NCBI GenBank assembly: GCA_050178385.1
Contig: JBFXGD010000095.1
Location: 1-13,296 of the forward strand
Direction of reading: 5' to 3'
DNA length: 13,296 nucleotides
DNA from: Calditrichaceae bacterium
GTDB taxonomy: Bacteria > Calditrichota > Calditrichia > Calditrichales > JBFXGD01
Position numbers and translations under genes: made by a program. Below the pieces are notes generated by a model, which did no database searches, was not told where the DNA came from, and saw only the letters and a list, made by a program, of their open reading frames with translations. Shown here one piece after another: positions 7,477 through 13,296 of this stretch (position 1 is the stretch's first letter; every line of letters starts with the position of its first letter).

Positions 7477-8136
7477 TTATCCAATCTGTATGGGATTCCG
7501 CACTACTGACAACACTGCATCACGAAAAGCGTCACATGCCGCCTGGCAGGCAGCCTGAGTACCCGTCATCAGCGCGCCGGTAAAATTTGTCTCTGACGGT
7601 GGAGCGAACCATTCTTTCACTTCCACGTTCGCGGCCTTTAAAGCCGCATCTATCGCGTATGTGCCTTCAAGGGGCGGCGCGATTAAATATGCCAAAGGGG
7701 AACCTTCATCTATACCGGCCACCTTTGACAGGTAAGTTCCCGTACGCGCAATCAGATGCGGGAAAAAAGCCAGTGAATTTGCTTCGTTTGCCGAATACCA
7801 TATCGCATCCGTTTTGATGTAATCGATCGCGGCATCCAGTCCGGCCCGCACTTCTCCGGGTGTCGGTCCCGCCAGCATAGCGATAATTTCACCGGAAAGC
7901 GGTCCGCTCGCGTGAGCTGCGCCGGCATAAAAAGATTTGGCATAAACGACTTCCACTTCCGCTTTTTTTGTCGCCTCATCTATGGCGACATAACAGGCGT
8001 CATCTATATCACAGGTCAGCAGCCCCAAAGATCTTTGATTCGGTTTTAATGATAATTTTTCCGCAAATCCTCTGTCAACTGATGCGATTAAACGAACTGC
8101 GAGCACATTCGCTCTGATTTCATCTAAAATAGCCAT
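7477..8136 (-). CDS. eutL: Tandem-domain trimeric shell protein (BMC-T) EutL
   Basis: DIDDACYVAIDEATKKAEVEVVYAKSFYAGAAH..GPLSGE, RTGTYLS, LAYLIAPPLE, PPSETNF.GA.MTG.QAAC.AAC.AF motifs; 219 aa. Confidence 0.96.
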   Translation of the reverse strand: MAILDEIRANVLAVRLIASVDRGFAEKLSLKPNQRSLGLLTCDIDDACYVAIDEATKKAEVEVVYAKSFYAGAAHASGPLSGEIIAMLAGPTPGEVRAGLDAAIDYIKTDAIWYSANEANSLAFFPHLIARTGTYLSKVAGIDEGSPLAYLIAPPLEGTYAIDAALKAANVEVKEWFAPPSETNFTGALMTGTQAACQAACDAFRDAVLSVVRNPIQIG

Positions 8137-8161
8137 AATATTCTTTCCCGATTAATAGATT

Positions 8162-9058
8162 TTATCGTAAATTGATACCGCTGGTTTTTTGCTCTATCAT
8201 ACGTTTGACCGTATCCACAATCACGGCGCTTGCTTCGACCGGCGGCGTACCTCCGTTGTGAATATTTGAGATACAGGTACGATCAGATTCCACAGTACCC
8301 TCTACAGTCGGTTTGTAAACAATGTAAGCGCTCAAACTCTCTGACTGCCCAAGTCCGGGTCTTTCACCAACCAGGAGGACAACGACATCGGCGTCGAGTA
8401 ATTCACCAACTTCGTCTTCCATTTTAACTCTGCCATACTTAACAAAGAAAGGTATCCCGGCGTTTAAACCGGTTGTTTTCAATCCATTCAGGAGCGGCGG
8501 CAGAATTTCATCAAAATTGGCTGTTAACGCGTCTGTGCTCAATCCGTCTGAAAGAACAACCTGCACCTGGACATTTTTCTGGCATTTTTCAAGAATGGTT
8601 TTCCTTGCCTCATCCTGAAGACGACGCCCTTTATCCGGCCTGGTAAGATATTCATCCTTATCTTTCACCTGAGTTTGAACCATAAACATCCCGCTTTTTT
8701 CGATCCATTCCTGCGGGACTTCTTTAAACACCGTATCTCTCGACCTCGAATGATCGGCAAGGAAACGGAGAAGCGTATTTGTTCTTAATCTCGCTCCGGC
8801 GCGACCGACACATACCCTGGCGACCGATGACGCGCGTAAATCTTTTAGCGCTTTTTCATTATGCGGTTTTTCCACTCCTATCCATTTTTTAAATTCATCA
8901 CTGCCAAGCTCAGGAAGGACTCCATCGGAAACTGAACTAACCGGATCAACCGCAGTTTTTTCCGGTGCTGTTGATTCCTTTGTTTCGGGTTTATTCTCAT
9001 GAACCTTCAACTCTGCAAGAACAACATCTACTATATCCTGAATTTTTTTATTATCCAT
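8162..9058 (-). CDS. eutC: Ethanolamine ammonia-lyase small (beta) subunit EutC
   Basis: [78 protein letters not shown]-terminal encapsulation peptide [17 protein letters not shown]. Confidence 0.97.
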   Translation of the reverse strand: MDNKKIQDIVDVVLAELKVHENKPETKESTAPEKTAVDPVSSVSDGVLPELGSDEFKKWIGVEKPHNEKALKDLRASSVARVCVGRAGARLRTNTLLRFLADHSRSRDTVFKEVPQEWIEKSGMFMVQTQVKDKDEYLTRPDKGRRLQDEARKTILEKCQKNVQVQVVLSDGLSTDALTANFDEILPPLLNGLKTTGLNAGIPFFVKYGRVKMEDEVGELLDADVVVLLVGERPGLGQSESLSAYIVYKPTVEGTVESDRTCISNIHNGGTPPVEASAVIVDTVKRMIEQKTSGINLR

Positions 9059-9073
9059 TGCTCCACCTATATT

Positions 9074-10435
9074 TTAAAAGAAAATTGAGGGATCACCGGC
9101 TTTTGGAGTCAGATTTCCATTCTCCCAAATGCCCATTTTCTCTAACCATTTTTCAAATTCCGGACTCGGTTTGTAACCCATAAGCTGTCTCACCGCCGCA
9201 GTATCATGAAAACTCGTGGACTGATAATTAAGCATAATGTCATCCGCGGCAGCCACACCCATAACATAATTGATACCCGCGCTCGCCAAAACCCCCATCA
9301 GATTATCCATGCTGTTTTGATCGGCATTGGCATGATTGGTATAGCAAGCGTCAGCGCCCATCGAAACTCCGGTTAGTTTTCCCATAAAATGATCTTCCAA
9401 ACCGGCTCTTGTAATCTGACGGCTGTCGTACAAATACTCCGGTCCGATAAATCCGACTACGGTATTTACCATAAACGGATTAAAATGTTTAGCCAGTCCG
9501 TAACAACGGGCTTCCATTGTTACCTGATCTGAATTATAGTGCGCATTCGCTGAAAGTTCTGATCCCTGACCTGTTTCGAAATACATCATATTTGATCCGG
9601 CGATCCGGCAATATTCTTTTCCCACGGCATAGGCTTCATCCAGCATCTGGACAGTAACACCAAACTCCTTCAAACCTTTTTCAGAACCGGCCAGACTTTG
9701 GAATATACATCCGGCAGGAGCGCCTTTTTTGATCGCTTCGACCTGATTACTCACATGGCCCAGAATACAATTTTGAGTGGGAATAGACCATTTTTCCATG
9801 ATGTCATTAGTAAGGTCCAGTAATTTATGAATATTTTCAGGTGTATCGATAACCGGATTGATTCCGATTAGAATATCGCCCGCCCCGTAAGAAAGACCTT
9901 CATAGATTTGCGCGGTAATACTTTTTACATCATCCCGGGTGTCGTTTGGCTGAAGCCGGCATCCAAAAGTTCCCGGCAACCCGATTGTAGAATTAGCTTT
10001 CGCAATGACCGGCATCTTTTTGGCTCCGATCATCAAATCGAGATTCGTCATTATTTTCGCGACAGCCGCGACGATTTCCGAAGTCAGCCCTTTCCGCAAA
10101 CGCTGAATGTCTTCGAGTGTTGTTTCATTGCTCAGAATAAATTCACGAAGTTCTGAAACCGACCAATTTTTGATTGACTCATAAATACGTTCATTTACGG
10201 CATCCTGAATAATTCTTGTTACCGCGTCTTTCTCATAAGACACAACCGGATTATTTCTCAGGTCAGCCAGGGTTAAATTGCTTAGAACATATTTTGCAGC
10301 CACCCTTTCCTGAGAGCTGGCTGCAGCAACTCCAGCCAACACATCTCCGGAACGATGTTCATTCGCCTTCGCGAGAACATCCTTCACGTCTCTGAATTGG
10401 TATGTAGTGCCGAAGACTTGTGCTGATAATTTCAT
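9074..10435 (-). CDS. eutB: Ethanolamine ammonia-lyase large (alpha) subunit EutB (adenosylcobalamin-dependent)
   Basis: KANEHRSGDVLAGVAA, RLQPND, GINP, FQSLAGSE, MYFETGQGS.LSA, NTVVGFIGPEYLYD..QI.RAGLEDHFMGKL, CYTNHA, DDIMLNYQSTSFHD; 453 aa; SD AGGAGA. Confidence 0.98.
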   Translation of the reverse strand: MKLSAQVFGTTYQFRDVKDVLAKANEHRSGDVLAGVAAASSQERVAAKYVLSNLTLADLRNNPVVSYEKDAVTRIIQDAVNERIYESIKNWSVSELREFILSNETTLEDIQRLRKGLTSEIVAAVAKIMTNLDLMIGAKKMPVIAKANSTIGLPGTFGCRLQPNDTRDDVKSITAQIYEGLSYGAGDILIGINPVIDTPENIHKLLDLTNDIMEKWSIPTQNCILGHVSNQVEAIKKGAPAGCIFQSLAGSEKGLKEFGVTVQMLDEAYAVGKEYCRIAGSNMMYFETGQGSELSANAHYNSDQVTMEARCYGLAKHFNPFMVNTVVGFIGPEYLYDSRQITRAGLEDHFMGKLTGVSMGADACYTNHANADQNSMDNLMGVLASAGINYVMGVAAADDIMLNYQSTSFHDTAAVRQLMGYKPSPEFEKWLEKMGIWENGNLTPKAGDPSIFF

Positions 10436-10453
10436 TTATTTCTCCTGTGTAAA

Positions 10454-11893
10454 TTAGGCCGGAAAAGCCAGCGATTTTATCGTTAACGGAACGATTTCCC
10501 CGCCGAAATAACTTTTTCCGATATCTACATAATCTCCCTCTTTCAGATTCACTTCATCGATTACAGCCAGTTTTTTTGGCAGGATTAATGGAGCCAGTTC
10601 CATGCCCATTACTTTGCCAATATCATTGTTACACATAATCAAGGCAGGAATATCTTCATTTGTATGAGCTTTAAAGAAGACTCCCAGCTCTTTCGCCGAC
10701 TGAGCGATAAATTTATACTTAACGGGCATTTCATCAGAAAGATAAATGATATACTCATCAACCGCGGGATCCAAATCCTGACGTTTAAGCCCTGAAAGGA
10801 TAGCCTCGCTCAATTCCGGAGTATCCTCTTTCCAATTGATAACCGGAAAAACCACCGGCAGATTACGCATCGGCAATCTATCCGACTGAAGCCAGATTGT
10901 ACTACCACTCAAAGAAAGAGTATGCGCGCCTGCTCCGATTACTGTCGCCCTTATTGTCTGTTTTGGCTGTAAGATGTTTAGCTTTTGCAAATAGGGATGT
11001 GCAAGCAACGATTTTGCCAGCATCGGACCAATATCTCCGTATTTTCCGGAATTATCCGCCCGGCTTTCCGGATGATACATACAATCTCCCACCCCACCTG
11101 AAAAAGATATATATTTAAATTCATCATTAATTTTCAAAGGTTCTGTCATTAAGAGTTTTGTTCCCGGAGGGGACGGACTTCCCTGGGCACATTCCATAAT
11201 CAAATCAGCCATTTTATCTACAATAAGCTGAATATCCGCCCGGGATAAAGTGCTGTAATTTTCTTTAAATTGCGGGATGAGTTCTTTTATTAAAGTAAGT
11301 GCCGGCTGATGTATTTTTTTTATCCCGCCATCATTGTTAAGTTCAATCAGTCTTCCCCCCACATTGAGACAAGCGGTATCTTCCACGCGTCCATTATTAA
11401 AGACCACATAGTTAGAAGTCCCGCCACCGATATCTATGTTGAGCACCCTGGTTAAATTCTTTTCTGAAAACACATCGCTCCCGGCGCCCCTGCCGGCAAT
11501 AATAGATTCAAGATGAGGCCCGGCTGTCGCCACAACAAAATCACCCAAACTTTCAGTAAGATTAATCAAAGCCGCTCTTGCATTGGCCGCTTTTGACGTC
11601 TCTCCCGTTATTATTATCGCGCCGGTTTCAATTTCAGTGAGAGAGAATCCGGCACTGGCATATTCCTTTTTAATAATCTCCAGAAGACTAATTTCATCGA
11701 TCGTATCGTCATCAGAAAGCGGTGTAAAATAGACAGGACTCTCAAAAATAATTTTTCTGTCAATAAATTCGTATCTTGGAACCTGCGTCACCGGCGCTCG
11801 ATTCATTAATTGTAAAGATGAAAAAATGACCTGAGTCGTAGTTGTCCCTATATCGATTCCTACGCTGGTAATTGTTTTAATCTTATCCGTCAT
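10454..11893 (-). CDS. eutA: Ethanolamine ammonia-lyase reactivating factor EutA
   Basis: SVGIDIGTTTTQVIFS, GAIIITGET, GDFVVATAGPHLESIIAGRGAG, NIDIGGGTSN, TIRATVIGAGAH, GDYVDIG, PLTIKSLAF. Start set at ATG 11893 (MTDKIK, SD AGGGA) rather than 11950. Confidence 0.96.
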   Translation of the reverse strand: MTDKIKTITSVGIDIGTTTTQVIFSSLQLMNRAPVTQVPRYEFIDRKIIFESPVYFTPLSDDDTIDEISLLEIIKKEYASAGFSLTEIETGAIIITGETSKAANARAALINLTESLGDFVVATAGPHLESIIAGRGAGSDVFSEKNLTRVLNIDIGGGTSNYVVFNNGRVEDTACLNVGGRLIELNNDGGIKKIHQPALTLIKELIPQFKENYSTLSRADIQLIVDKMADLIMECAQGSPSPPGTKLLMTEPLKINDEFKYISFSGGVGDCMYHPESRADNSGKYGDIGPMLAKSLLAHPYLQKLNILQPKQTIRATVIGAGAHTLSLSGSTIWLQSDRLPMRNLPVVFPVINWKEDTPELSEAILSGLKRQDLDPAVDEYIIYLSDEMPVKYKFIAQSAKELGVFFKAHTNEDIPALIMCNNDIGKVMGMELAPLILPKKLAVIDEVNLKEGDYVDIGKSYFGGEIVPLTIKSLAFPA

Positions 11894-11911
11894 TTTTTCC
11901 CTGATTTCTAA

Positions 11912-11932
11912 ACTAAAACAGGCTGGTGCCTG
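11912..11932 (-). terminator. Small GC-rich hairpin plus U-rich tail in the eutA leader (possible attenuator or weak terminator)
   Basis: Minus-strand RNA GCAGGC-ACCA-GCCUGU followed by UUUAGUUU, ending about 20 nt before the eutA ATG. Confidence 0.35.
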
Positions 11933-11963
11933 CAGAATTTTGTGAAACATCTTTTTTGAAATT

Positions 11964-12012
11964 CAAATAAAGACTATCCCCATAGCGGTTAAACCATGGG
12001 GAAAGTCTTTAT
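11964..12012 (-). terminator. Long stem-loop or intrinsic terminator after the porin gene
   Basis: ATAAAGACTATCCCCAT (11967-11983) / ATGGGGAAAGTCTTTAT (11996-12012), 17 bp with one mismatch. G-U pairs extend the stem on the minus strand, and it ends in UCUUUAUUU. Begins 17 nt after the porin stop. Confidence 0.75.
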
Positions 12013-12029
12013 AATCCCAGATTCCGTTG

Positions 12030-13106
12030 TTAGAATTCGATCAGTAACTGAGTAATATAAGTCATATCCATTTCAGAATCCGCGCCGGGTGCAGGTTTAT
12101 AATTTTCTGCTTTCGCGTTAAACATCAGCATACAGCTGCCGACGATTTTATAATTAACACCACCAAGAAACATTGTGATTTCATCATCATCAACATCTGT
12201 ATCAGGATCATGAATACCCGCCTGAGCAAGCAGCATCATATTAGGGTTTAAATCATAATTTACATAGCCCATATATGAAAGACCGGATGGTGTATCGCCA
12301 GCGGCGTTCTTGATTGTTGAACGGCCCAGATCAACTTCAACACCGGCGTCAAACTGATCGGCAACAGCGTATTCAATACCACCACCGAAAGCATCGTTAT
12401 GTTCTTCATTATTGCCTGAATACATATAATCCATAATTCCCCAACCAAATACTGTGAAGCCCTGGACCGGATGCAGCCATACATCAAAACCGATATTTTT
12501 AGCTTTGTTGTCATCGCCGGCATAGTTATACGTATTTTTGTTTGAAAGAGCTAAACGAGTGTAGCCCAATTTGTTCGGAAGGTTATATGTGGCCATAAGA
12601 CCTGTCACTGCTGAACTGAAACCTTCAGGGAAAGCAACGGCGTTATCATAAGTGTAGCGATCAAGCCAGCTGTTTTCGATGGTGCCATGATAACTCTGTG
12701 GCCCTGGTTGTTCGTAATTACCAAAGATCATATCAACATTTTCGACACCAAGAAAGTTTGTGAATTCAAGATATGCATACTTAATTCTTGAGCGGGTTCC
12801 TTCGTTGATTAATTTACTGTAGGATGTTCCGTCAGGATAATAGCCGGTATCATATCTGTTTTTGTGGGTGAAATCCACCGTAAAACGGGCTTTAATATTA
12901 TCCGCTAATTTGTATTTCATGGTAATATATGCGCGATCAAATTTGAATTCATTGCCTGTTCCGTTCATCAATCCGTCATTAACCCAATAGCGGTATCGTA
13001 ATGTTGTTGAAAGACTAAAATCATCATTAATTTTACCTGCAAAAAGGTTGGTACTCATGAGTACAAACAGCAACATGAGACTCATGGTAGAAAATCTTCT
13101 TAACAT
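12030..13106 (-). CDS. Putative outer-membrane beta-barrel porin (OprO/OprP-like motifs)
   Basis: Sec signal peptide MLRRFSTMSLMLLFVLMSTNLFA/GK; many alternating amphipathic aromatic-rich strands (FKFDRAYITMKY, RIKYAYLEF, IGFDVWLH, GGGIEYA, MGYVNYD, LGGVNYK); C-terminal beta-signal YITQLLIEF ending in Phe; strong SD GAGGAG. Confidence 0.8.
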   Translation of the reverse strand: MLRRFSTMSLMLLFVLMSTNLFAGKINDDFSLSTTLRYRYWVNDGLMNGTGNEFKFDRAYITMKYKLADNIKARFTVDFTHKNRYDTGYYPDGTSYSKLINEGTRSRIKYAYLEFTNFLGVENVDMIFGNYEQPGPQSYHGTIENSWLDRYTYDNAVAFPEGFSSAVTGLMATYNLPNKLGYTRLALSNKNTYNYAGDDNKAKNIGFDVWLHPVQGFTVFGWGIMDYMYSGNNEEHNDAFGGGIEYAVADQFDAGVEVDLGRSTIKNAAGDTPSGLSYMGYVNYDLNPNMMLLAQAGIHDPDTDVDDDEITMFLGGVNYKIVGSCMLMFNAKAENYKPAPGADSEMDMTYITQLLIEF

Positions 13107-13149
13107 TATCTAACTCCTCTTGATTAAAATATAATTAAATACACGAATG

Positions 13150-13168
13150 ATTAACACAGTTTGTTAAT
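13150..13168. promoter_or_regulatory. AT-rich inverted repeat upstream of the porin gene (possible operator or hairpin)
   Basis: ATTAACA-CAGTT-TGTTAAT, perfect 7-bp arms with a 5-nt spacer, in the 71-bp intergenic gap. Confidence 0.3.
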
Positions 13169-13177
13169 TTCCTTTGT

Positions 13178-13296
13178 TTAGAAATCAACAAGCTGTCCTT
13201 TGCTCTGGAGGAATTTGACAACTTCATCCGGAGTCGCGTTAGCTTCAGGTTTCGCTTCAAATTTCTTATCCAGATCTGCCTGTGAAGATAAAAATC
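13178..13296 (-). CDS. 3' end of an unidentified upstream gene (partial)
   Basis: Open frame from the window edge: FLSSQADLDKKFEAKPEANATPDEVVKFLQSKGQLVDF-stop (TAA 13178-13180). Protein-like composition and same strand as the locus; identity cannot be determined. Confidence 0.6.
   Translation of the reverse strand, partial: FLSSQADLDKKFEAKPEANATPDEVVKFLQSKGQLVDF

Noticed and set aside
7752..7979. Minus-strand 75-aa basic ORF (MRRQKKRK...) as a possible McdB
   Set aside because: Entirely nested out of frame within conserved eutL; no independent support.
14..11118. Numerous plus-strand ORFs (65-119 aa) in the ORF track
   Set aside because: They lie antisense to well-supported eut genes, have no recognisable motifs, and many are simple antisense-frame shadows.
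11894..11950. 19-aa N-terminal extension of EutA from the ORF track
   Set aside because: No SD at 11950; ATG 11893 has an SD and matches the EutA N-terminus. The extensions of eutT (4591-4620) and eutQ (5322-5333) were trimmed on homology for similar reasons.
11894..12029. Cobalamin riboswitch or ANTAR (EutV) dual-hairpin motif
   Set aside because: No B12-box and too little space; AxxGxx hexamers present are not closed by complementary stems, and there is no AGCAANGRRGCUY-like match by eye here or in the other gaps.
12260..12523. Minus-strand 87-aa ORF
   Set aside because: Alternative frame nested inside the porin gene.

Overview
The window is almost entirely one minus-strand ethanolamine utilization (eut) bacterial microcompartment (BMC) locus from a probable diderm bacterium. 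In transcription order (right to left): 3' end of an unidentified gene, a predicted outer-membrane beta-barrel porin, a strong stem-loop, eutA, eutB, eutC, eutL, eutK, a ParA/Soj-family ATPase, eutS, eutP, eutQ, eutT, eutD, three tandem eutM paralogs, a stem-loop, eutN, and eutE (cut off by the left edge and absent from the ORF track). The proteins resemble the enterobacterial (EUT1-type) set, but the order is permuted relative to Salmonella eutSPQTDMNEJGHABCLKR. Two non-canonical genes stand out. (1) An orphan Soj-like ParA ATPase is wedged between shell genes eutK and eutS, where eutR normally follows eutK, with no ParB or McdB in the window. It is a candidate McdA-like metabolosome-positioning system, possibly using the EutK shell-HTH fusion and its very basic linker as adaptor. 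(2) A porin gene lies directly upstream of eutA. All family assignments come from motifs and recalled homolog sequences, not from database searches.
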